A model generated the notes under the pieces. It saw nothing but the letters and a program-made list of their open reading frames with translations. It was not told the origin of the DNA and made no database searches. This document shows positions 36,175 to 48,829 of a DNA stretch of 64,000 nucleotides, piece after piece; the stretch's first letter is position 1, and the number at the start of each line of letters is the position of its first letter. The DNA comes from Felis catus (taxonomy: Eukaryota), in contig NC_058386.1 of assembly GCF_018350175.1 (NCBI RefSeq), positions 14,384,001 through 14,448,000 of the forward strand, given 5' to 3'. A program made the translations under genes and the position numbers.

Positions 36175-36396
36175 TTTTTAAAAAAAAATTTTTTTAATGT
36201 TTATTCATTTTTGAGAGACAGAGACAGAACACGAGCAGATGAGGGGCAGAGAGAGAGGGAGACACAGAATCTGAAGCAGGCTCCAGGCTCTGAACTGTCA
36301 GCACAGAGTCTGGTGTGGGGCTTGAACCCACGAACTGTGAGATCATGACCTGAGCCAAAGTCAGACGCTTAATGGACTGAGCCACCCAGGCACCCT
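36175..36396 (-). mobile_element. CAN-SINE
   Basis: TSD agaggtga(ag/gt)gtttct. Confidence 0.95.
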
Positions 36397-36774
36397 AGAG
36401 GTGAGTGTTTCTAATCTGGGTCCACAGATCCCCAAAGGGTCTGTGAACTTCACTGGGGAAAAAAGCACAACTTTATCTTCACTCACCTCTAGACAACATT
36501 GAGTGTTTCCTTCAGTTAGGAATATAGGTCACACATCTCAGTAGTATTAACCACACCTATGATTTTGTCACTAATAGAAATCACAGATTTTTTTCACATC
36601 ACATTACACTTGTAGATATTCTAAAGTATCGTTTCTTATGCTCATCACCATTTAGAAATGATAGTAGTTATTGCTGCTAGGTCTTCTTATTTGAAGCATT
36701 AACAATGATGCAGGGATAATACATCACAAATTTGTTTTTTTTTTTTTAACACTTTGACAAGTGTATTCAATATA

Positions 36775-36927
36775 CAGTAAAACCTTGGATTGCGAGTAAC
36801 TTATTCTGTGAGTATTCCACAAGACAAGCAAACATTTCTAATAAATTTTAACTTGATAAGCGAATGATGTCTCACAATGCAAGCAGGACATGACACTGAA
36901 CGTCACGTAATTACAACAGAGCCAATG

Positions 36928-36963
<36 letters not shown>

Positions 36964-37638
36964 CAAGATTGTGGGTGATCATCTCCCATGCTGAGATGCT
37001 CAGTCTCAGGCCACAGTGTTCGGCAGAAATCAGTGATTTTTCAGAACGTTGGAAGGTGCCCACAACTGGCACTAGTGCATTTTTTGTCCCTTCAAAGCAC
37101 CTATGGACAGTCCTTGGTTTTCCAGACAAGAGTAAGCTTAGGAATGCTCTGCTTCATTCTAGGTCAGGCTGCCTGCAGATACAGACCCTTTCCTCTGCTG
37201 CCTTATTGCCAGTTACATTAACTATAGTCTATGACAAGAGTTGATTAATACTGTACTGTAGTCAACATCCGTGTGAGCACATACAATGGCCCCCATGCAG
37301 AAAAAGATTTCATTGAGCCAAAAGATAGCAGTGATTCCATCAGTGATAGTGAAAGTCGTCCTACACAATAACCCTCCTCTCTCTTGTCTCCCTCACACCA
37401 GCCACGAAGGTTTTCAAAGGTAAGTGCAGGTTAATTTTTTTCTATTTTGTATTTTCTTTATTATTTTGTATTATATTACAATATTGTAATTATTTTTACA
37501 TGAATATTTTTGGGGTTGTGGAATGAATCCTCTGAGTTTCCATTATTTCTTAGGGGGAAATTTGCTTTGATATACAAATATTTTGGATTACAAGCATGTT
37601 TTGAGAACGAATTATGCTTGCAGACCGAGGTTTTACTG
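36775..37638. mobile_element. Tigger/pogo-type non-autonomous DNA transposon, 864 bp
   Basis: TIRs cagtaaaaccttgg / ccgaggttttactg; left flank TA; cleanly interrupts MER119. Confidence 0.88.
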
Positions 37639-37679
37639 CGATTAGTTTCCTTTGTAAACTTTTGCACTGTTTAACGTAT

Positions 37680-37880
37680 TTTATTAAGTTTATTTTTATT
37701 AATTTATTGTGAGAGAGAGAACCAGTGGGGGAGTGGCAGAGAGAGAGAGGGGGACAGAGGATCGAAAGCAGGCTCTGTGCTGACACCAGAGAGACAGATG
37801 TGGAACTTGAACTCACGACCTGTGAGATCACGACCTGAGCTGAAGCCAATGCTTAACCGATTGAGCCACCCAGGCGCCCC
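37680..37880 (-). mobile_element. CAN-SINE
   Basis: TSD tgtttaa(cgt/tgc)atttt. Confidence 0.95.
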
Positions 37881-38416
37881 TGTTTAATGCATTTTAAAAC
37901 ATCTTCCTGAGAAGGCATTTACAGTCTTCCTCAGGCTGCCATAGAGGTCTCTATCCCAAAACAAGGTTAGATACTCCTGACTTAGGGCAACCTTTGTCAG
38001 TCGTATGGGGCACAGCCAAAAATCTCAGGAGGCCTCAAATTGATTTTCAGGAGTGTAGGCTCTTAGGTATGGCTTTTGTTTTCTTTTGTTTGTTTAGGCT
38101 AATATCATAAAAGTGTCTGCATTTCGAGCATACGTAAGGGGGAAAACACCTGTGTGGTGGGTGTGAGTGCTGGGGTTAAGGTCTCTATCTTGAATGGCTA
38201 TGTTAATACGGGAGAAATGTCACACAGTGCGTATTGCCCACCCCCAAAAGAGAATGAATGAAGGAGACTATTTTATTTTGCATCTTATTTAAAAGTAAAT
38301 AATACCATTATCCAGGAAACACCCTTTCACCTCTAAGCATGGAGAGAAAGGGAACCTCTGTCTCTTTGTGTGTCAAACTCCATCCTGTCAGCTTGTTTAG
38401 CTACAAATGGGACAGA

Positions 38417-38588
38417 GGGAGCCTGGGTGGCTCAGTCAGTTAAGCGTCTGACTCTTGGTTTTGGCTCAGGTCATGATCTCATGGTTTGAGAGACTGAGCC
38501 CCGCATCGGGCTCTGCACTGACAGCATGGAGCCTGCTTGGGATTCTCTACCTGTCTCTAGGTAAATAAATGAACATTAAAAAAAAAAC
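38417..38588 (+). mobile_element. CAN-SINE
   Basis: gcctgggtggctcagtcagttaagcg...A tail. Confidence 0.93.
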
Positions 38589-38832
38589 TCTAGGAATCAC
38601 GAAATTTTGAGTTAAGACTACTGAACTAGAAGACTGTCCTAAGCTCCCTTGCATTTGTGGCCTGGGCAAGAATTTCAACCAAGGTGCAGCTTGTGAATTG
38701 TAGTCCAGGCCTGGACCGGCAGGCTGTTTCCTCTGGCTCACCCGTTTCCTAGCCACCGTCTGCACTGAGGCGGTGAGCATGTGTTAAGAGTGGAGTATGT
38801 TCATTGGAAAAAAATCTCCTTTCCTTCAGTGG

Positions 38833-39182
38833 TGTTACAGGTTGAATGGTGTCCTTCTGAAAGATATGTTGAAACCCTAACCTCAGGTAGCTCAGAATGT
38901 GACCTGATTTGGAAAGAGTCACTGCAGATATAATTGGAAGGTAAGATGAGGCCACACTAGAGTGGACTCTAATCCAGTATGGCTGGTGCCCTTACTAGAA
39001 GAGGAAATCTGGACATAGGCAGAGGGAAGTCAGCCATATGAAGCTGGAGGCAGAAGCTGGAGTTATGTTGCCACAAGCCAAGGAACACATGGGGCTACCA
39101 GAAGTTGAAAGAGGTGAGGAAAGACCCTCTAAGCCACCCAGTTGGTGGTACTTTGTGACTGCAGCCCAAGCCAAAGAATACA
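38833..39182 (+). mobile_element. MLT1C-like MaLR LTR with internal deletion
   Basis: tgttacaggttgaatggtgtcc...ctcagaatgtgacct...gccacaagccaaggaac...aagccaccc...aataca. Confidence 0.88.
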
Positions 39183-39913
39183 GTTGGCTTTAACCTTTTC
39201 CTTGGCTTACTTGCCACCTGCCTCCATTTCCAATGACCCCCAAACATCAGAGATGCAGAGCCTAAGGATAAGAATCCCAGAGAGCAAGCTTGACCTATTA
39301 AAGCATAAGCACCATGAGAGGGGAAACCCTGATGCCAAATTTAGCCAAAACAAGACCAATCCGCCTTTCTGGTAAAATTGCCCAGTGACCAAAGCAACAT
39401 CCCTGCATGTCACACTGACTGCACAATCAGAACCAAGGGTTCCATGCAGCCAATCTCTCCTTCTGTCCCCCACAGGCCCTGACTAAGTCAGCTCAACATT
39501 TTAAGGGAGGACTTGATCCTTCAGGGCTTAGCAGCCCAGCCTTGCATTTGAGGCCCAGAAGCCAGAGTGGGGGAAGGGGAACCAGGAGGCCAGAAGTTGG
39601 CCTCTAGAGCTCCTGTTTTCTCTCACACTGGCCACAAGGCCACTGCAGTGTAAAGATTAAAACTAAGATTGTTGCACTTGGTGGATTAAATACTACAAAA
39701 ATTTTAAACAATCCAACTGGACCTTGTAATTGTGTGGCAAAGGCTGCAAAATGTAAAGTGGGGAGTCTTGGCTCAAATGAAAGGCTCTCTCTGAATAACA
39801 ATTTATTTTAATTTGAGATTTCTCATACTGTCCATATGGCAGGTCTTCATGGGAAAGCAACTGTCTCACAGTTGATGGGGACATCTGAAGTATGCTTTTT
39901 TGGCATTCGGAGG

Positions 39914-40001
39914 ATTTTTTGTGTGTGGTGTTTTTTTTGTTGTTGTTTTTTTTTGTGTGTGTTTTTGTTTTGTTTTTTGTTTTTATTGTTGTTGTTGTTT
40001 T
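39914..40001. repeat. T/G low-complexity tract (TTG/TTTTG)
   Basis: Direct inspection. Confidence 0.9.
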
Positions 40002-40599
40002 CATTTAAATCAGTGCCTTCGTTGAAGGGAGTTTGAAAACATTTCCCTAATGTTTCCAGCTTTTTCACTCCTGGAAATTTATCATCAACCCTGGGAAGTG
40101 ACAAACTGAAACCCATTTCCCAACCAAATTACTCCTCTTTTGGGCCAACACCAGTTTGTGGAGTTCTGTGGGCATTCCTCTGCAAATGGAACATCCTATT
40201 TGCGTGCACTTTTAAAAAACAACAAGCTAGAAAGCATGTGGAGAATGTTATGACCGGAAGTAGGACAGTCTCACCAAGTATCGCGGGCTCATGTCGTGGA
40301 GTGGCTCCTAGAATAATCAAAAATCTATTCCTGGGAGAGACACAAGATCCCTGGCCAGCTCCGGGTAGGACCCTGGTACCGCCACAGATATGGTGATAGT
40401 TTTTACTGTTACGGGGCTTCCCAGCCGCATGTGGGGTTCCAGGGCTGTGATGTGGGAAAGGGAGCTCGTTTGTTCTCTCTTCAACTTGTTCCTCTGAGGC
40501 GCCTCTTCAGCTGTTCCCGCAAGGGAGAGAAAAGAAAGCCGGCAGAACCTCAGCTTCCCCCACACATACAGCTGTACAGGGAGAAGGGGAGCTAGGTGA

Positions 40600-41172
40600 G
40601 GGATCCTGAAGTCACTAAACATTCTGAAGAAACCAAGCCACACCTTTCTACAGAAACCTCACTACGCAAATGGCACATCCTCAGGGAGAGTTTTTCTGAC
40701 CAAAGCCTCAAAAATAGCACCCCCACCATCCTCAGTCTCCTAAACCTGCTTTGCATTTTCTCCACAGCACTGCATGCATCTACTCGCAGCTCCGTGTTCA
40801 GGGATCTCATGCTCAGACCCGTGGTCTGAGTCTTTACACCATGGAAAGCAGCAAATGTTGTATATCTGGGCTCTCCCCACCCCCCAAAGCCAGCAATTAA
40901 CCCCTTCTTAGCACAGCACTCCTTCTCACTATCTGCTATTACATTAGGTATTCATTTTTACAGTCTGTAAGATATATGCAGGTATGATGTATAGCATGCA
41001 TAGATAATATACTACCTTATATCACTAGTTTATCAATGATCTATCCTTCTTTCCACCAGAACGTCAGCCTCCACACCCCGTTTGGTTTGCTGCCACTTCG
41101 CCATACCTAAAACAGTACCCATACTTAGAGGATACTCTAAGTATTTGGTGAATGGATGAACGATGAATGAAA
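40600..41172 (+). mobile_element. L2 3' fragments with MER63-like piece (40765-40920)
   Basis: cctcagggagagtttttctgacca; tttacaccatggaaa (MER63); taagtatttggtgaatggatgaa L2 end. Confidence 0.65.
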
Positions 41173-41695
41173 TCTTCAGAGACTCCCTTTATCTACCTGT
41201 TCTAGCATTAACTTCTCTGTGGGCTTCCAAATTGCCCTCCATTTTGCTTCCACTCTCTACCCCATGTCTTTCTGCCTTTTACCACCGTCTTTGTGACCAC
41301 CCTCATACGAGCTAAAAAAATCCAATTTTATTTACTAGTGATTCCCGGTTTTTTGTTTAAGCAGCAACTCCGGGCATCTGAGACATTTTTCGAAACTCTT
41401 CCCTTTCACATCTTCCCCAGAAAAGTATTTCCTATGTGTTTAGCCAAGGTTAGGTACTTAAGAGGCACCCAGAACAAGTTTATTTATTAAAAACCCTCTC
41501 TTTTATAATCTAGTTGAGTGGCTAAGACTAGCTTGGCTTGAAAAATTATGATCAAGACAATTATTCAACTGCTAAATTGGGGGAGTAGAAACCATAAAAC
41601 ATCAGAGCAAAATGAGTTGGAGTTCAAGAAAACATCAGAGAGAGAAGCAGTGGGCCTTGAGCTGGTCCTGACTGATAAGTAGAGTTTAACTAGAT

Positions 41696-41907
41696 CAGGG
41701 TTTCTGACCCCAGCACGACTGACAGGTTGGGTGGATACTTCTTTGTCTTGGGGGCCAACCTGTGCACTGCATGATGTCTAGCAGCAGCCCTGGCCTCCAC
41801 CCCACTAGATGCCAGTAGTACCCCCTCCCTAGCTGTCACAACCAAAAATGTCCTCGGGTATTGCCAAATATCTCCTGGGGGGCAAAATCCCCAGTTGGGA
41901 ACCAGTG
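41696..41907. mobile_element. MER20 hAT-Charlie element
   Basis: ccctggcctccaccccactagatgccagtagtacccc...acaaccaaaaatgtc; 8-bp TSD aactagat/agctagat. Confidence 0.93.
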
Positions 41908-42069
41908 AGCTAGATGGAAGAGAAAGATGACAGCAGAAATTAGAGCAATGTGAAAAGACTTGCTCACTTAATTCAGAATCCTGACTTTATCCGCAAATGC
42001 ACCTAGTCACAAACTTGACTTCTTTTGGCATGTTAGTCAACTTTGGATGCACGCTTTATACGTGTTCTC

Positions 42070-42289
42070 TTTTTCTAAATTTTTTTTCATTGTTTATTTA
42101 TGTTTGAGACAGAGAGAGACAGAACGCAAGCAGGGAAGGGACAGAGAGAGGGAGACACAGAACCAGAAGCAGGCTCCAGGCTCTGAGCTGTCAGCACAGA
42201 GCCCGACGCGGCACTTGAACTCATGAACTGCAAGATCATGACCTGAGTTGAAGTTGGACACTTAACCGACTGAGCCACCCAGACGCCCC
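42070..42289 (-). mobile_element. CAN-SINE
   Basis: TSD tatac(g/a)tgttctctt. Confidence 0.95.
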
Positions 42290-43705
42290 TATACATGTTC
42301 TCTTAAACCTATACCCTGCATCAAATTTGGGTTGAACTACTGACGTGCTTTCCAAGTGCTTTTGTTGTGGAACCCTTTATTCCAACAAAATCTTAGCCGG
42401 AAGCACAAACAATACTAAGGACATAAGCAGTATGGTTTTTGTTGACTCTTGAATCAAGAACCATCCCCTCCCCACATGCACCCCAGTCCTGTCCAATGGC
42501 CCAATAGCACAACAGTTCCCAGGGTGTCTTACTACACTATGAACGTGCTGAAGGCAAAAGTGGCATGGAGCCCTACAATAACAGCTATCATACTGTGATA
42601 TAAGCAAAGCAGCAGTGGATTAGAAGTTGCAAAATCTGAGACTTTTTATTAACTGGAACTTTTTACTAAGTGCCTGTGAGAATGCATGTCATTTGACCTC
42701 TCTGAACTTGTGATTCTTCATCATAATCTCTAAGTCCCCTTTCAACTTCAAAATGTTATGAATACATAAGCACGACTGTGTCACATAATCCGTGAGCCCA
42801 GAATAATGATGTTGGTGATTATAGAGAAGCTGATTATTTATAGCATCCCCCCAAATTCCCCTCTAGAGTCAAGGGGGAGTGAAGAAGTGAACTTGACCTC
42901 TAAAATCCTCTATGAATAGCACTTTGGCCCTTGTTTGATTTATTCATGCTTGAAATTCACTAGTGCTCAGTCTGGCTGGCCTTTATTCAAAGGATCATGC
43001 TAAATGAGGTCACAAATGGAGGTGCGAATGGCTATTTTAAAAATTAAGAATGAAAGTGACAAATCTGGGACACTTGCTGCCAAATCTGTAAAGTTTAGAA
43101 TAAGACTTTAAAAAAAGGAAATGGAATAGATTCTGTTATGGACAAGCATGTGCCCAGAATGAAAGTCTAAACATTGTAAAAACAAGAGACATATAAGCTG
43201 TAGAGCCTGGAATCATGTCTTTCCTACCTCAGTGGTACCACTAGCCTGCCCTTAGGATGAAAGAGTCTCACACTAAGAGCAGACACAACATTCCCATCCC
43301 CCACCTTGGAATGACTTTATGGTTTTCCATAAAAAGCTCGTGCTGGGCATGATAGGTGGGAATTTGTGCCTTTACTTTCTGTTTTGCTCCTTCTTTATAA
43401 GAGAATTGGAACCTCCCTGCAACCATCCAATACCACAGAGAAACAGCACAAAACCACAGCTACCAAACAATGATGTTGAAATCCACAGCTATGAGTCTAT
43501 CAAAATATGATGCTGTGTTTACAGATTCCCGATTTGGAGGAATCATTCTGCTCTTCTATTTCAGACGTAAATGAGATGTTATGCTAGTCACAGATAAATG
43601 ATGATTTTTAATTGCAATGGAAAAAATGTTTTTCAAATATCCAATAACCCAATTCTTAGAACATGACAGACACACGAACTATTTGGTGGTTGAAAAATAC
43701 CACAC

Positions 43706-43707
<2 letters not shown>

Positions 43708-43754
<47 letters not shown>
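43708..43754. repeat. (GT)~23 microsatellite
   Basis: Perfect dinucleotide run. Confidence 0.98.
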
Positions 43755-43756
<2 letters not shown>

Positions 43757-44178
43757 GAGGGAGACCTCTCTCTGGTCAATAAAGATTAATTCAAAGTTAT
43801 CCACAGCTATTCAGTAGTGATAACTGGCAGGGGAATAAAAGGTTTGTCTCATGGAGTTGGCTCTTTCCAGGTATAATTTCTCCTTGTACTAGGAACTGCT
43901 GAAGCCTTAATATTGTTGCTAATTTGTTACATTTTTATTTATTCATTTTGAATAATATGGACATAATGAAAAGCAAACTATGCAGTTTACATACAGTGAA
44001 AATTAAGTCAACCTCCCAGATTAGTCTCTCAGTCCTTCTGTTACATTTCTTAAAGAGATTTATTCCACACACATGCGTGTTCATATACACACACGTGTAT
44101 GTTGCAGACATATGTCGTTTTAGGTATGTTATTTTATATATATGCATGTACACATATACCTATAAAAGCTCCCTTGTT

Positions 44179-44376
44179 GGGGTACCCGGGTGGCTCATTC
44201 AGTTGAGCGTCCGACTTTGGCTCAGGTCACGATCTCACAGTTTGTGGGTTTGAGCCCATGTCAGGCTTTGTGCTGAAAGCACGGAGCCTGCTTCAGATTC
44301 TGTGTCTCCCTCTCTCTCTGCCCCTCTCCTGCTCACACACACTCTCTCTCTCAAAAACAAACATTAAAAAAATATT
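44179..44376 (+). mobile_element. CAN-SINE
   Basis: TSD taaaagctcccttg. Confidence 0.95.
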
Positions 44377-44448
44377 TAAAAGCTCCCTTGCAACATAAAT
44401 GGGAACATATCCATACTCCCTGCACATTTCCCCTTCTACTTAACAATA

Positions 44449-44935
44449 TGTGATGGATTAAAGATGCTTGTGAATCTTTGCCATTCTTCCCATTGAGAGT
44501 TGCAGTTTTTTCCAGATTCTCCCTTTGAATCTGGGCCTGCATGTGACTTGTTTTGACCAGTAAAATGTGGCAGAAGTGAATCTGTAACTTCCAAAGCTGA
44601 ATCTTATGAGCTTTGCAGCTTCTAACTTAACACACTTGGAACACTTCCCTTTGGAACCCATGCTATAAGAATCCCAAGCCATATAAACAGGCTATCTGAG
44701 GTGTTCTAGACACTAATCCCAACCAGTAGCAATAGCTAACCAGGTAAGCAAGTCATTTTGGATGTTCCAGTCCCAGCTGAGCCCTCAGATGACTGCACTC
44801 CCAGCTGACACTAAATTGGGCAGAAGAATAGCCCCACTGAGCCCAGTCAATCCTCAGAATCACAAGAAATAAGGAATGGTGGTTGTCTTAAGCCCCTACA
44901 TTTTGGGGTGATGATTCTTTTTCAGTAGAGTATAT
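44449..44935 (+). mobile_element. MLT1G/H-like MaLR solo LTR
   Basis: tgtgatggattaaagatg...ttcccattgagag...tgtgacttgttttgacca...ccactgagcccagtcaa...ttttggggtg. Confidence 0.85.
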
Positions 44936-44989
44936 AAAACTAAAACTATAAAGCAGATTTATATAGTTATATAAACTATATAGCTAACA

Positions 44990-45575
44990 TATATTCATAT
45001 GCTTACTATGTGTCAAGCACTGTTCTAAGTGCCCTTCTGTATATTGGCTCCTTTAATTCCCACTAACTCGAACTCAAAACATTTTTTTAAAAGATTTCAT
45101 TTTGGGGGCGCCTGGGTGGCTCAGTCAGTTGAGTATCCGACTCTTGGTTCCAGCTCAGGTCATGGTCTCACAGTTCATGGGTTCGAGCCCCGCATCGGGC
45201 TCTGTGCTGTCAGTGGGGAGCCTGCTTGGATTCTCTCTCTCTCCCTCTCTCTCTGCCCCTCCCCTCCTCGCTCTTTCAAAATAAATAAATAAACTTTAAA
45301 ACTTTTTAAAAGATATTTTATTTTTAAGTAATTTCTACAGCCAGTGTGGGGCTTGAACCCACAACCCTGAGATCAAGAGTTTCATGCTCTACCAACTGAG
45401 CCAGCCAGGTGCCCCTAAACATTTTTTATAGAGGTATACCATCCCCATTTTACAGATAAAGAACTGAACTATACAGAAGTTACGTGACTTGTCCAGTACC
45501 CCAAGTGAGTAACCTATACTACTGGGATTTAAACTCAGGTCTTTCACCTCAGATACTTTGAAATTAAGCACTATC
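44990..45575 (-). mobile_element. MIR hosting two CAN-SINEs (45103-45300 +, 45305-45415 -)
   Basis: tactatgtgtcaagcactgttctaag ... atccccattttacagataaagaactga; SINE heads at 45103 and 45415. Confidence 0.88.
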
Positions 45576-45734
45576 CTAGACAACAACCTCATTGGTTACT
45601 TTAGTCCTCTCCTGATGGACATTCCAGTCATTTCTAATCTTTTGCTTGTGAAAATAAGGTTACAATGTCTTTGTGTGTACTTTGAAGTCTATGTGTAAGA
45701 AGAAAACATTCTTTTTATTCTTACTGGTGTAATT

Positions 45735-46070
45735 ATTATTTTTATTTATTGAGGTATAATTGACATACCTTAGTTTCAGGGGTACAATGTCAAGACTCGA
45801 CATTCGTATACATTGTGCAATGGTCACTACAGTAAGTCTAGTTACCGTCTGTCACCATACAAAGTTAATACAATACTATTGACTATATTCCCCCTGCTGT
45901 ACATAACATACAACCCCATGACTTCTGCATTGTAGAGCTGGGAGTCTGTACTTCTCAATCCCCTTCACCCATTTCACCCCCCTTCTGGCAACCACCAATC
46001 TATTCTATCTGTGAGTCTGGGTTTTGTTTTGTTTTTTAGATTCCACATGTAAGTAAAATCATTTAATCAT
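45735..46070 (-). mobile_element. L1 3' end (L1MA9/L1_Carn-like)
   Basis: tttattgaggtataattgacata...agtctagttaccgtctgtcaccataca...ttagattccacatgtaagt. Confidence 0.9.
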
Positions 46071-46898
46071 GTGTGCAAAAAGAAGCCATTATTTTTAATC
46101 AAATGGAAGGATGACTAGATTCAGTTTATTTTGCTGCTTAAGTAAGCGTCAAAGAAATACGCTGGGTAGACAATGTCAGGTGCATCCACTCCAGTCAGAA
46201 TAGAGTTCCAGCCCATCTGGCCCTTGGCAGATGGTGCCAGAAACCTTACCAGGAGACATGAGGATCTGGAGACCCCAAAGAGATTGTTTTTCTTGTTTTC
46301 ATTTGGGCTCCAAGTCAAGCAAGTAATAAACTAACTTTCTTCAGAGTACGCTGTACCATAATGTATATTTTTATAGGAGTTCTCAGATACCTGAAAAGGG
46401 TATTTGGAAAGTAACCTATGAACCTTGACCTGTGGTCCATACAAGAAACCTTCTGCCATAATCACTGCCACTTCTGAGGAACCAATGACCATATGTATTA
46501 GGCACAGGTGTACATTCCACGGCTGTATATCTCCTTGGACTTCACTCCAATAATAAGCACATTTGGAAAGAGGGTGGACAGACAGAAGCTCTTTTCACAA
46601 CTGCTTGGATGTCTCTTCCACCTCTGACGTTAGACTTCCAGCTCCACAAAGCTGGAGACTGAAAGCAAGTCACTTGCTATCACCTCAGCAGTCTCCAAGG
46701 CCTACCTTCTGAGTTGCCAGGACAGCCAAAGGACCAGACCCTGCTGGCTGTGTGGAAGGGACTAGTAAAGAAAGGTTTTAGTATTTGAGAGCTAATGAAA
46801 TATGCTTCTATTCATTAAAATATAGAAATGAACTAATACCATATAGTGCAAAATGATCATGAAATAGTTGCCTAATTATATTTAAAAGATACCCACTT

Positions 46899-47060
46899 GG
46901 GGCTCCTGGGTGGCTCAGTTGGTTAAGTGTCTCACTTTGGCTCAGGTCATGATCTTCTGATTCATGAGTTCAAGGCCCACATCGGGCTCTCTGCTGTCAT
47001 CACAGAGCCTTTCAGAACTTCTGTCTCCCTCTCCCTCAAAAATAAATAAACATTTTAAAA
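46899..47060 (+). mobile_element. CAN-SINE
   Basis: TSD aaaagatacccac. Confidence 0.93.
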
Positions 47061-47412
47061 AAAGATACCCACCTAAGCGCCTCTCTTCTGCTCCTGCATA
47101 TGGATTCCTTCCCTAGGAACCCAAAGCCTTGGGGAGAAAGCACGGTAATATAGCTTGCCTCTGTCTTCAGGACAGCTGAAAGGGGCTTTAAAGTATCTTG
47201 TTCAGTGCCTTCATTGTACAGAGAAGTAAATTGAGTTCCAGAAAGAGGTGATTTGTTGAAGGTACTAATGGTTGACACATCAGTCAGCTATTACCAAAAT
47301 AATGCATGTAACAAACTACCCCAAACCCCAGTGTCTTAAAACATTCACTCTTCTCTGGCTAGGGATTGACTGACTGAGGCTGCACTGGGCTCCAAGCTGC
47401 GAGTTGAATTCA

Positions 47413-47616
47413 NNNNNNNNNNNNNNNNNNNNNNNNNNNNNNNNNNNNNNNNNNNNNNNNNNNNNNNNNNNNNNNNNNNNNNNNNNNNNNNNNNNNNNNN
47501 NNNNNNNNNNNNNNNNNNNNNNNNNNNNNNNNNNNNNNNNNNNNNNNNNNNNNNNNNNNNNNNNNNNNNNNNNNNNNNNNNNNNNNNNNNNNNNNNNNNN
47601 NNNNNNNNNNNNNNNN
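47413..47616. other. Assembly gap (N run)
   Basis: N bases. Confidence 1.
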
Positions 47617-48035
47617 TTGAGAAAGGGAGAGCAAGTAAGCAAGAATGGGGAAGGGGAAGAGAGAGAGGAGGAGAGGTCTTCTCCATCTGTCTCTCATCCC
47701 TTGGAGCAATGGGCTAGCCACAGTTTGTTCTTGTTCTTTCTTGTTCTTTCTTGTTCTCCTCCTCCTCCTCCTCCTCCTCTTCCTCCTCCTCCTCCTCCAA
47801 GTTTATTTGAGAAAGGGAGAGCAAGTGAGCGAGAATGGGGAAGGGGAAGAGAGAGAGAAGGAGAGGTCTTCTCCATCTGTCTCTCATTCCTTGGACCAAT
47901 GGGCTAGCCACAGTTTGTTCTTGTTCTTTCTTGTTGTTGTTGTTGTTGTTCTTCTTCTTCTTCTTCTTCAAGTTTATTTACTTTGAGAAAGGGAGGGCAA
48001 GTGAGCAAGAATGGGGAAGGGGAAGAGAGAGAGGA
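47617..48035. repeat. Tandem repeat of ~176-190 bp (SINE tail + LTR flank + trinucleotide tract)
   Basis: ttgagaaaggga.. unit starts at 47617, 47807, 47983. Confidence 0.92.
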
Positions 48036-48170
48036 GACAGAGAGTCCTAAGCAGGTTCCATGCTGTCAGCACAGAGCCTGACGTGGGGCTCGAACCCACA
48101 AACCATGAGATCGTAACCTGAGCTGAAATCAAGAGTCAGATGCTTAATCGACTTAGCCACGCAGGCGCTC
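47970..48170 (-). mobile_element. CAN-SINE
   Basis: gcaggttccatgctgtcagcacagagcc...gccacgcaggcgctcc. Confidence 0.93.
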
Positions 48171-48829
48171 CCAGGGTTTGTTCTTCTAATGGACAATGTA
48201 AGGCACACAGGAGAACAAATGTAATGATGTAAGCATACTTCAAGTCTCTGCTTGCAATATATCTGCTAACAGCTCACTAGCCAAGGCCAGTCACGTGGCC
48301 AAGTTCAACACTGACAGGACAGGCAGGGATATATTCTCTGCTTCCAGTGAAGAACTATAAAGACCCATGGCAAAGGGCATGGATACATGGAGGGGTGAAG
48401 AATTGGAACTATGAAGAAATCTACTACAGTTGGCAAGTGACTGAGAATTAGAACCAAGGCCCTTGACTCCCAGCTCATTTCCACTTTTGTGTTTGTAAAC
48501 AGTTTATCTGTCTTAGAAGCTGTTTTTTTCAAGTTCATGAAGGGTTTGTTAAATTCTGAAAGGAAGTGAAGGCAGGCAGTGAAGAAAGGAGACTATAGTG
48601 ATGATGGCAGTGTGGTGATGCCCGGGAGGGCCAGCAACGCTGTCCAACATCTACTCCCTTGTGTGGCGTACATTCTCCAGTTCACCCTGTCGGGTGAAGC
48701 CAGCATAGCTGCTGGTCAGATCCTTCTCTATCTTCTCATAGAGTCCAAGGCAGGTGGCCAACTGTGTATCCATTTCTGGAGGCAGTTCAGTACTGTGCAC
48801 AATGAACTGAGGTCCCTAACACTGAGCTT

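Larger units (their letters stand above)
36405..37979 (-). mobile_element. MER119-like hAT element split by a Tigger and a SINE
   Basis: Reverse complement of the 18.2-kb element: ggggtccacagatcccc...aatagaaatcacagat...tcacaaatttg | resumes attagtttcctttgtaa...ctgagaagg...aaggttagatactcctg. Confidence 0.82.
47275..48428 (-). mobile_element. MLT1I/J-like MaLR LTR interrupted by gap, tandem repeat and SINE
   Basis: atcagtcagctattacc...aatgcatgtaacaaactacccca...; ggccagtcacgtggccaag...ccatggcaaagggcatggata. Confidence 0.75.

Noticed and set aside
35740-36348. 202-aa ORF
   Set aside because: No recognisable domain; C-terminus is antisense CAN-SINE; chance ORF in GC-richer DNA
47645-47986. Poly-Glu/Pro/Leu/Gly ORFs
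   Set aside because: Translations of trinucleotide tracts
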